Shown piece after piece: positions 1 through 11,518 of a stretch of 17,344 nucleotides of DNA. A model generated the notes under the pieces. It was not told where the DNA came from. It made no database searches and saw nothing but the letters and a program-made list of their open reading frames with translations. The position numbers and the translations under genes were made by a program. The number at the start of each line of letters is the position of its first letter. Within the stretch, counting starts at the first letter, position 1. The stretch spans positions 1 through 17,344 of the forward strand of contig JBDRQF010000049.1 in NCBI GenBank assembly GCA_043826435.1. The letters run 5' to 3'. This DNA is from Elusimicrobiota bacterium. Its GTDB lineage: Bacteria > Elusimicrobiota > Endomicrobiia > CG1-02-37-114 > JAHJSO01.

Positions 1-2576
<2,576 letters not shown>

Positions 2577-2650
2577 ATATCATTTCATCCCGTTCTCTTT
2601 CGAGAACGATTGAAACGCCTTTAAGACGCTTGTACATCTATTGCCTGTAA

Positions 2651-2663
2651 TGTCAAAGAACAT
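2651..2663 (-). promoter_or_regulatory. boxA-like antitermination element in the 16S-23S spacer
   Basis: Minus strand ATGTTCTTTGACA, ~75 nt before the 23S 5' end. A sister copy (GGTTCTTTGAAAT) lies in the 16S leader. Confidence 0.65.
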
Positions 2664-2712
2664 AAAATATAATTACGGAAAAATATTTTTAAATTCAGAT
2701 AAAAAATTTCCG

Positions 2713-2785
2713 TGGAGATGAGGGGATTTGAACCCCTGACCTTCCGGGTGCAAGCCGGATGTTCTCCCAGCTGAACTACATCCCC
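2713..2785 (-). tRNA. trnA: tRNA-Ala(TGC), CCA not encoded
   Basis: GGGGATG/CATCTCC acceptor stem with the G3:U70 alanine determinant, anticodon arm TCCGG-CTTGCAC-CCGGA, T-loop TTCAAAT. The discriminator A is followed by CGG. Confidence 0.97.
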
Positions 2786-2788
2786 TCA

Positions 2789-2863
2789 TGGGCCTAAGTG
2801 GAATTGCACCACTGCCCTCACGCTTATCAGGCGTGTGCTCTAAACTAACTGAGCTATAGGCCC
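2789..2863 (-). tRNA. trnI: tRNA-Ile(GAT), CCA not encoded
   Basis: GGGCCTA/TAGGCCC acceptor stem, anticodon arm CACGC-CTGATAA-GCGTG, T-arm AGTGG-TGCAATT-CCACT. Typical position in the rrn spacer. Confidence 0.96.
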
Positions 2864-3100
2864 TCTCTCCCGAAACAACTTTAGCCGCCTCAATTTTTTC
2901 AGCATAAAAATAACACACCCGACCCGAAAAAATCGGCTTTTTCAAAAATCATTCAAAAATCCACAAGCACAATCTTACGTGCTTTCACCCTTTCGGGTTT
3001 ATTGGATTTTTACGATACGCAATCAGACAAGCACTCCGGAGTTTCTCCGACGGGTCAACCTAGGAGTCCACTCTCAATTAAGAGCGTGGCGGTTCTCCCT

Positions 3101-4710
<1,610 letters not shown>

Positions 4711-4804
4711 ATTTTTGTCAAGTTTGAAATCTAATGGCCGTCAGTTAACTCTCGGAATGCTTCTCCGATTGCATTTCTCCGCTGACTTGAAATTTAAAAC
4801 GTCT

Positions 4805-4817
4805 ATTTCAAAGAACC
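4805..4817 (-). promoter_or_regulatory. boxA-like element in the rRNA leader
   Basis: Minus strand GGTTCTTTGAAAT between the promoter and the 16S gene. Confidence 0.6.
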
Positions 4818-4931
4818 AAAATCGCACAGAACCTACTTACCTCTGTTTTTAAACAGCAAGAGTTAAAACATTAACGGATTTATAATGCATCCCTACAAGG
4901 TAAAAAACTGTCTCGTCCCTTACCTTGCATT

Positions 4932-4960
4932 ATTGTAACATATATTTAAAAACTTGTCAA
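4932..4960 (-). promoter_or_regulatory. sigma70-type rRNA operon promoter
   Basis: TTGACA (4960-4955), 17 nt spacer, TACAAT (4937-4932) preceded by TGn (extended -10). An A/T tract upstream (4972-4986) resembles an UP element. Confidence 0.85.
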
Positions 4961-6064
4961 GGGGGTACCGGAAAATTTTTTTCTTAACGAGTCCCTCTGC
5001 TGCTCCAGGTCATGCGGCGTCTTGATCGGTATAAACCTTTTCCCCCTGTCAACGACAATGAATTTTGTATTCAAAAATTTACTGAGGTCGCCGGTAAGAC
5101 GCTCAAACTGGATTATTTTCTTCCCCCCGACATCTTTCTTAACCGCATACCATGGCAGGATAACATTTTTGAGTAATGCCTCTGCAGAAAATATACAAGT
5201 GGCGGTATTGAAAACATTTATGTTATCCTGGTCAAACTCCGGCGGGAACATAAACCCCTCAACTATTTGCAGTTTCCCGTTTACCATTGCAGGGGCGCCG
5301 CCTTTATCTCCGGGCTCCTTCCGGGCAACCTCAGCCAGCATCTCCGCACCCGACTCTATGTGATATCCGAGTATTACTTCATCAATTGTAGCGCCCAGGT
5401 TGTCAACGTTTGAATACCAGATGTATTTCCCTCCGGCGCCGATGAACCTGTCCGGAAAACCCTCTCCCTTAAAAGCGAAAATAAAATCGCCATGTCCCGG
5501 CGCTGAAAATTGATCCTGCATGTTGCCTGAGAAACTGCCTGTCATAAACTCGCTACCGTCAGGATTCAGTCGCTTGAATATATACTGGTTGAAGAAATGG
5601 ATGTTGTTTTCGCTCATGCCGAAAAAATTATTTTTTTTGAAAAGTTCAACGGTCGCCTGCTCCGTTGAAAAACTGTTCATTATATAAACCGGGATATTAA
5701 CGCTGTACCTTTTATTTACCGCTTTCACCTGTTCTATTTTCAGTTGCAGGAATGTCTTTCCGTCGAAAACCTCAACCGCTCCCTTTACAATACCGCCGAA
5801 GCGCGTAGCCATCCCGCCGTTTACTATTACAACGCCGAGTCCGCCCTGCCGGATGGCTCGCCCGCCGGTTTCCCGGTATTTTTTTTGTAGTTCGTTTCCC
5901 AGGGTTTCCGTATTACAAAAATAATTATCCGCGGGCGTTTCCACCCGCCCTGCAATAACATTGTCCTTTTCTGAAAATTTACCCGATATAAAATTGTTTT
6001 TCAGTTCTTCAAACTGTCTTTCGTCAAAATGGTATTTTTTCAGATATCCCCGGTTGTCTGTCAT
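4946..6064 (-). CDS. UTP--glucose-1-phosphate uridylyltransferase family protein, eukaryote-type UGPase/UAP fold (not GalU or GlgC type)
   Basis: Motifs VNGGMATRFG (nucleotide-binding loop), KTFLQL, MNS, PGHGD, SNVDNLGA, DKGG, FNT, QFE and RFIPIK. The start is placed at ATG 6064, which overlaps the upstream stop as ATGA, rather than at 6112. Confidence 0.85.
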   Translation of the reverse strand: MTDNRGYLKKYHFDERQFEELKNNFISGKFSEKDNVIAGRVETPADNYFCNTETLGNELQKKYRETGGRAIRQGGLGVVIVNGGMATRFGGIVKGAVEVFDGKTFLQLKIEQVKAVNKRYSVNIPVYIMNSFSTEQATVELFKKNNFFGMSENNIHFFNQYIFKRLNPDGSEFMTGSFSGNMQDQFSAPGHGDFIFAFKGEGFPDRFIGAGGKYIWYSNVDNLGATIDEVILGYHIESGAEMLAEVARKEPGDKGGAPAMVNGKLQIVEGFMFPPEFDQDNINVFNTATCIFSAEALLKNVILPWYAVKKDVGGKKIIQFERLTGDLSKFLNTKFIVVDRGKRFIPIKTPHDLEQQRDSLRKKFSGTPLTSF

Positions 6065-7191
6065 ATTAAGGACTCGTATAATTTTTTTGTCTTTTTCGCT
6101 ATGAGTTCCCAAGAGAAGTGTTCCTCAACCCTTTCCCTGCCGTTCTCGCCGAATTTTTTCATAAGTTTTTCGTCTTTCAACAGACGGTTGACTGCATCTG
6201 CTATCTGTTTCGGGTTGCCCGGCTCCACGAGAAGCCCTGTTTCTTCCGGGATGACGACCTCAAGTATGCCGCCCACTGCACTGGCCACAACGGGCGTCTT
6301 GCATGCCATCGCTTCCAGGTTTATTATACCGAACGGCTCATAGACAGAAGGGCAGACGAACACCCTGGCGGAGGAATATAACTGGACGTATTCTTCCTCC
6401 TTCAGTAATTTGCGTATCCATACGATATTTTTTTTGTTTTCTACCTTCTTCATCATTTTTTCTTCGTATTCCCTGGTGTCCGCCCCGACTGCGCCGAAGA
6501 CAATCTGAACGGGAATTTTATCAGCTGCATCCACAAGATACTCCATGCCTTTCTGGGGAGTCGGTCTGCCTACAAAAAGAATGTAGTCATCAGCGATGTT
6601 GTACGTCCTTTTCAACGAATCCGAAAGCGGCGTGTACTTCCACTTATTCAGGTCAACGCCATTGTGTATTACTTCAACCTTTTCGGGAGGGACATTGAAG
6701 TATTTCACTATATCCTGCTTCATTAGACCTGAAACTCCTATTACCCTGTCCGCCGACTCAATGCCTATCTTCTCCACCCACGTGCTCAACTGGTAACCCC
6801 TCCCTAACTGATCTTCCTTCCATGGCCTCAGCGGCTCCAAACTGTGGCATGTTGCGACAAACGGGACGTTGTAGAGAATTTTTGCAAGCAGGCCCCCGAA
6901 GTGTCCGTACCACGTGTGAGTGTGGACGACGTCCGAATTAAAATCATCCAGCACGGACAGGAGGTTTGTTGAAAGTGTTTGCAGCGCAGGGGAGAATTTT
7001 TTGCCTTTCAGTTTTTCCCACCCGCCGTAACCCTTTGCTTTAAGTGATTCCCCGGGAGCGTCCTGGTCGCCGAAGCACCGGACTTCCACATCCATTATCT
7101 TTGACAGCTCCTGCGAGAGGTATTTCAGATGAACCCCTGCGCCTCCATAAACGTATGGCGGATATTCCCTGGCTAACATTGTAACTTTCAT
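6061..7191 (-). CDS. glgM: GT4 glycosyltransferase, actinobacterial-type GlgA (GlgM, alpha-maltose-1-phosphate synthase)
   Basis: N-terminus REYPPYVYGGAGVH, HTHTWY, HSLEPLRPWKEDQLGRGY and CPSVYEPFGIINLEAMAC match the Mycobacterium/Corynebacterium GlgA(GlgM) family. It is adjacent to glgE and has an SD-like GGGGGTG. Confidence 0.88.
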   Translation of the reverse strand: MKVTMLAREYPPYVYGGAGVHLKYLSQELSKIMDVEVRCFGDQDAPGESLKAKGYGGWEKLKGKKFSPALQTLSTNLLSVLDDFNSDVVHTHTWYGHFGGLLAKILYNVPFVATCHSLEPLRPWKEDQLGRGYQLSTWVEKIGIESADRVIGVSGLMKQDIVKYFNVPPEKVEVIHNGVDLNKWKYTPLSDSLKRTYNIADDYILFVGRPTPQKGMEYLVDAADKIPVQIVFGAVGADTREYEEKMMKKVENKKNIVWIRKLLKEEEYVQLYSSARVFVCPSVYEPFGIINLEAMACKTPVVASAVGGILEVVIPEETGLLVEPGNPKQIADAVNRLLKDEKLMKKFGENGRERVEEHFSWELIAKKTKKLYESLI

Positions 7192-7310
7192 TGTTGCACC
7201 CCCTATCTACGTTAATATCCCCTTAGTACATTCCCAACTTTATTACAAGTTGGCCAAAACCATTAATAAAACCACCATTAGGTGTGATTATTTCGCCTTA
7301 ATTTTAACAC

Positions 7311-9341
7311 TCAGTGGCCTGGTATGGTATAGTAAGCATGGATGATGGAACGGAAACCATGCTCCGCTGCTATCCTGTTTATTTGGACGGCGTAATCCGC
7401 TTCGTATGCCTCTCCTATAAAAACCCTCGGAGCGACCTCATTGAAATACAGTGTAGAGAGTTCTCTCCTGGCACTGAAGTCGTCCTTTTTGTTGGCCCTC
7501 TCCCTGAGTTCAAAGAACACCCTGCCGTGTTCATTCGCCAGAGGGGAGGCGCCTGAACGGCTGCCCTTTACGGGCTTTTTCTCACAACTGCTTACCCTGA
7601 AAACATATGCCGGCTCCTTGTGGGGGTCAAGCCGGACATTTATTTCGGAATCGTTACACACATACTCTTTCTGCGTTATGAGTTCTTCAAGTACAAAATT
7701 ATCGCCGGAACCGACTGAGAGTTTATGCAGGGGCAGAGTGAGACGCGCTAGTTGCAGTTCATGGGGGTTCAGGTTTACGGCAACGAACACGTTGTTTTTC
7801 CCGTCGGAGCCGGGGTCGGGAGATATTTTTCCGTAGAATACTACGTTGTCGTTTGTTGAATTATAAAATATAAGGTTGTCGTAATAATGCAGGGCGGGGT
7901 TTTCCCTGCGGATTTTGTTGAGAGCGGCTATGTAGTCCTTTATGTTCCCGGGACTATCCCAGTCCCACACCTTGTATTGATATTTTTCTGAATTTTTATA
8001 ATTCTCTGTGCCGGGGAAGGCATCTGATTCACACAGTTCGTAACCATTGTACATTCCATAAACGCTGGAGAGCGTGGATGCCAGCGCTATACGCATTTTA
8101 AAAGCGGGCCTCCCGCCTGTCTGGATTATCGGCGGACATATATCCGGAGTGTTTGTGAAAAGATTTCCTTTCATGAAGTCCTTTACGGGAGATGTGGTAA
8201 GTTTTGTAAAATATTCAATTATTTCATTCTTTGTATTCCTCCATGTGAAGTACGTGTATGACTGCGAAAACCCTATCCTGGCAAGTTCCTCCATCTTCTC
8301 ATAATATGTAAACGCCTCCGCGAGAAAAACCGTGTCCGGGTATTCGTCCCTTATACCGTTTATCAGCCACCGCCAGAATTCCGTCGGCTTTGTGTGGGGA
8401 TTGTCAATGCGGAATATCCTGACGCCCTGCTGAATCCAGAAAACGAATATTGATTTCATCTCCTGCCACATCTCTTCCCTTACATCATCTGCGGCGCCTG
8501 CGGCGCCGTTTTCACCCGGATAAAAATTAAGCGGGCACGTGTCCTCGTACTTTTTCGGCGGGTTTTCGGCGGGTTTCAGCGTGCCGTCGGGATTGCGGAA
8601 AAACCAGTCGGGGTGTTCCCGGACATACGGGTGGTCGGGAGAACAGGAAAGAGCCAAATCCAAAGCGACTTCCATTTCGAACTTCCTGCACTCTTTCACA
8701 AAATCCCTAAAATCATCAATCGTGCCGAGGGCAGGGTGAACGTGTTTGTGCCCGCCCGTCTCATTACCTATTGACCACGGACAACCGGGGTCGTCCGGCC
8801 CGGCGGTCAATGAATTGTTCGGACCCTTGCGGTTGGTTCTGCCGATCGGGTGGACAGGCACAAGATACAGGACGTCAAAACCCATTCTTTTTATTTCGGG
8901 AAGACGCCCTTTCATATCACTGAATGTTGCACTCCTGCCGGGGGTTTTTCCCATAGAGCGGTGGAACATCTCATACCAGGCAGAATAACGCTCATACGGC
9001 GGACCGATTATCACTTCAAGAATTTTATACGTTGCCGGCTTGTCGTCTGATTTCGACGGAACGGCCTCTACGGTGTATTCATATCTGCCTGTGTTGCCCC
9101 CGGGGTTAAACGAACCATAAAACCTGTTCTCGCGGACGTCAGGACACATCCCTGCCTTTTGCCAACCGGACTCACCCTTCTTGCGGTATTTCAAAAATAC
9201 GGACAAGCCCGCCGTATCTTTTGCGCCGGCAGAAACGTCTGCATGGACGAAAAACGGGACATCGGACTCGCTCCTAACAGGATATGCGCCGCCATATAAT
9301 TCAGGGTAAATACTTCTAATTTTGATTTTCTGTTTTTTCAT
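7311..9341 (-). CDS. glgE: alpha-1,4-glucan:maltose-1-phosphate maltosyltransferase GlgE (GH13_3)
   Basis: SAWYEMF.RS, MGFDVLY, RKGPNN, CSPDHPY, AENPPKKYED, and the catalytic motifs RIDNPHTKP, FLAEAFT and TNTPDI, plus SEKYQ. The start is placed at ATG 9341 (MKKQK), downstream of SD-like GAGAGG. Confidence 0.95.
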   Translation of the reverse strand: MKKQKIKIRSIYPELYGGAYPVRSESDVPFFVHADVSAGAKDTAGLSVFLKYRKKGESGWQKAGMCPDVRENRFYGSFNPGGNTGRYEYTVEAVPSKSDDKPATYKILEVIIGPPYERYSAWYEMFHRSMGKTPGRSATFSDMKGRLPEIKRMGFDVLYLVPVHPIGRTNRKGPNNSLTAGPDDPGCPWSIGNETGGHKHVHPALGTIDDFRDFVKECRKFEMEVALDLALSCSPDHPYVREHPDWFFRNPDGTLKPAENPPKKYEDTCPLNFYPGENGAAGAADDVREEMWQEMKSIFVFWIQQGVRIFRIDNPHTKPTEFWRWLINGIRDEYPDTVFLAEAFTYYEKMEELARIGFSQSYTYFTWRNTKNEIIEYFTKLTTSPVKDFMKGNLFTNTPDICPPIIQTGGRPAFKMRIALASTLSSVYGMYNGYELCESDAFPGTENYKNSEKYQYKVWDWDSPGNIKDYIAALNKIRRENPALHYYDNLIFYNSTNDNVVFYGKISPDPGSDGKNNVFVAVNLNPHELQLARLTLPLHKLSVGSGDNFVLEELITQKEYVCNDSEINVRLDPHKEPAYVFRVSSCEKKPVKGSRSGASPLANEHGRVFFELRERANKKDDFSARRELSTLYFNEVAPRVFIGEAYEADYAVQINRIAAEHGFRSIIHAYYTIPGH

Positions 9342-9413
9342 AATGATACGCCTCTCATATCTTTGCATTCCCTATGTTGAACACTACGCCGGCCCGACGT
9401 TGAATCGCCGTTA

Positions 9414-9442
9414 ATTTTACTAAATCATATTTTTTTTGTCAA
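9414..9442 (-). promoter_or_regulatory. sigma70-type promoter of the glgE operon
   Basis: TTGACA (9442-9437), 17 nt spacer, TAAAAT (9419-9414). Confidence 0.8.
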
Positions 9443-9479
9443 GACGAATAATTGCGGGTTCAGATAATTGCGAGCAGGG

Positions 9480-10313
9480 CTACTTGTATATCCTTTTAAT
9501 GGAACGTTCAAGTATAGCGTAAGAAACAAACGGGTCAAGTTCTATTGACTTCGTGTAGTCCTGGAGCGCCTTGACATAATAACCCTTCTTCCGGTATGCA
9601 TATCCTCTATAGTAGTAGGCATCCGCATATTCAGGTCTGAGTTTTATCGCTTTCGTAAGGTCGTTTATCGCCCTGTCATAATCCCCCTCTTCACAATGGT
9701 TCAACCCCCGGTTGTAATAGGCGATAGTATATTCGGAATTTAATTCTATCGCTTTGTCGTAGTCGTTCCTTGCCCTGCTGTAGTAACCCTTATAATAATA
9801 GGCGAAGCCCCTGTTGTTGTAGGCGACGGCATCTCCTGGGTCAAGTTCTATTGCCCTGTTATAGTCGCTTATTGCATGGACGTAGTCGTTTTTGTAACGG
9901 TAAACATTCCCGCGGAGGGTATGGACAGCCGCCCTGCCGGGCATGATTTCTATTGCCTTTGTAAAATCGTCAATTGCCCTGTCATACAAACCTTTCTGGA
10001 AATAGGCGCTGCCGCGGATGGTATAGAGCGACTCATTGTTCCGGTCTATCTCCATCGCCCTTGTAAAGTCCCCAATTGCGTGGTCATATAAACCCTTTTG
10101 GGAATACGTGTTCCCCCGGTTATAGAACGCTTCCATTTTACCCTTTGCACCGTCCGAGTAATTCCAGGAATCAATCGCCCTTGTCCACAGCCGTATCTTT
10201 TCGTCCTTGTTCTTTGATTCCTGCGCCTTCTGGCGCCAGTTGGTGAAATCGCTGGAAACAACCGGCTTCACAAGAAGAACCAGGACAATTATGCCGGTCA
10301 GAAGAAATCTCAT
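9480..10313 (-). CDS. Tetratricopeptide repeat protein with probable signal peptide
   Basis: Hydrophobic N-terminus MRFLLTGIIVLVLLVKPVVS, followed by six 34-aa repeats of pattern AY.NRG..Y...G.Y..AI.D..KAIEL.P. Confidence 0.92.
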   Translation of the reverse strand: MRFLLTGIIVLVLLVKPVVSSDFTNWRQKAQESKNKDEKIRLWTRAIDSWNYSDGAKGKMEAFYNRGNTYSQKGLYDHAIGDFTRAMEIDRNNESLYTIRGSAYFQKGLYDRAIDDFTKAIEIMPGRAAVHTLRGNVYRYKNDYVHAISDYNRAIELDPGDAVAYNNRGFAYYYKGYYSRARNDYDKAIELNSEYTIAYYNRGLNHCEEGDYDRAINDLTKAIKLRPEYADAYYYRGYAYRKKGYYVKALQDYTKSIELDPFVSYAILERSIKRIYK

Positions 10314-10320
10314 GGTTTAT

Positions 10321-10461
10321 TCGGGTATTAGTCCGGTGCCTCCTTGATTTCATAATGACACAACCAGCCGGGTAAATGATACTGTTGCGTCTCGGGTATT
10401 ATGAGATTGCTTCCCACTACGCCCCTACGGGGCTCGTGGTCGCAATGACAGACCAGCGGGG
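10321..10461. repeat. Two degenerate tandem copies of a REP-like element (GATTGCTTC...TCGCAATGAC family)
   Basis: Copy 2 (10392-10461) reads TCGGGTATTATGAGATTGCTTCCCAC...GTGGTCGCAATGACAGACCAGC. Copy 1 (10321-10372) shares TCGGGTATTA...TGCYTCC...AATGACA..ACCAGC. The same core recurs at 12286-12336. Confidence 0.7.
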
Positions 10462-10476
10462 TTTTTCAACACTCTC

Positions 10477-10506
10477 ATTGTACAAAATTAGAGAATGACA
10501 TGTCAA
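10477..10506 (-). promoter_or_regulatory. sigma70-type promoter for the TPR gene
   Basis: TTGACA (10506-10501), 18 nt spacer, TACAAT (10482-10477). Confidence 0.65.
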
Positions 10507-10511
10507 ATAAA

Positions 10512-10540
10512 TTGACAATGCAATTAAATTTTTGTAGAAT
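10512..10540 (+). promoter_or_regulatory. sigma70-type promoter for panC-nadX
   Basis: TTGACA (10512-10517), 17 nt spacer, TAGAAT (10535-10540). Confidence 0.8.
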
Positions 10541-10648
10541 TTATATGTTGCCGGTTACCGACATTTGTCCTCGGCAGGGGCGAGGCGAGAATAAGGCAGA
10601 GCAGTGCAGTATTCGGCGACATTGGTAAATAACCCGCAGAATAACCTT

Positions 10649-11518
10649 ATGAAAATAATCAGAACTGTCCAAAAAATGCAGTCGGTCGCTATGTCGCTGA
10701 AACTGAAAGGCAGGAGCATCGGAGTCGTACCGACGATGGGCGCACTCCACGGGGCTCATCTATCCATTATCCGGAGGGCAAGGCAGGAGGTAGATACTGT
10801 AATAGTTACCATCTTCGTGAACCCGAAACAGTTCGGCCCGAAAGAGGACTTCCTGAAATATCCGAGGCCTTTCAACAAGGACGTATCCGCCTGCAGAAGA
10901 ATGAAGGTTGATTATGTATTCGCTCCGGCGGTGAGTGGGCTGTACAAGAGCGGGCATCTGACTTGTGTTAACGTTGAAAAACTTTCCGGCATCCTTTGCG
11001 GGAAATACAGGCCAGGTTATCACTTCAGAGGCGTCGCTACCGTGGTAGCAAAACTGTTTAATATTACAATGCCCGACAGGGCTTATTTCGGACAAAAGGA
11101 CTACCAGCAACTTAAGATAATAGAAAAAATGACCGACGACCTGCATTTTCCCGTGAAGATTGTCCGGTGCAAAACGGTGCGTGAAAGGGACGGGCTTGCA
11201 ATGTCCAGCAGAAACTTCTATCTGGACAGGACACACCGCATTCATGCGGGTAAAATTTATAGGGCGCTGAAAAACGCCGGAAAGGAAATACTCTCCAAAA
11301 GGGTCCGCCGGGTTTCAGAAATCAAAAAAGGGATAATGGGGATAATCAGTACCATACCGGGCGCCAGGATTGAATACGTGGAAATCGTAGAGCCGGAGAC
11401 GCTCGTCCCATATAAAAAAAATATAAAAATTCCAGCACAGGTTCTGGTTGCTGTGTGGGTTGGCAGGGCAGTCGGACAGGTGGGCAGGGCAAGATTGATT
11501 GACAACATAAGGGTATGA
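10649..11518 (+). CDS. panC: Pantoate--beta-alanine ligase (pantothenate synthetase)
   Basis: VPTMGALH, IFVNPKQFGP.EDF..YPR, HFRGVATVV.KLF, AYFGQKDYQQ, DGLAMSSRN and RLIDN. The start is placed at ATG 10649 (MKIIRT), a typical PanC N-terminus. Confidence 0.97.
   Translation: MKIIRTVQKMQSVAMSLKLKGRSIGVVPTMGALHGAHLSIIRRARQEVDTVIVTIFVNPKQFGPKEDFLKYPRPFNKDVSACRRMKVDYVFAPAVSGLYKSGHLTCVNVEKLSGILCGKYRPGYHFRGVATVVAKLFNITMPDRAYFGQKDYQQLKIIEKMTDDLHFPVKIVRCKTVRERDGLAMSSRNFYLDRTHRIHAGKIYRALKNAGKEILSKRVRRVSEIKKGIMGIISTIPGARIEYVEIVEPETLVPYKKNIKIPAQVLVAVWVGRAVGQVGRARLIDNIRV

Noticed and set aside
6065..6112. Longer N-termini from the ORF track for the UGPase (6112), GlgE (9368), PanC (10604) and ORF6N (15166)
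   Set aside because: Downstream ATGs fit better through ATGA overlap, SD position or family-typical N-termini.
6061..7191. Classical GT5 glycogen synthase
   Set aside because: It lacks the KTGGL motif; its length and motifs fit the GT4 GlgM family.
9520..10135. Roughly 102-bp periodic DNA similarity in the TPR gene
   Set aside because: Fully explained by the 34-aa TPR repeats.
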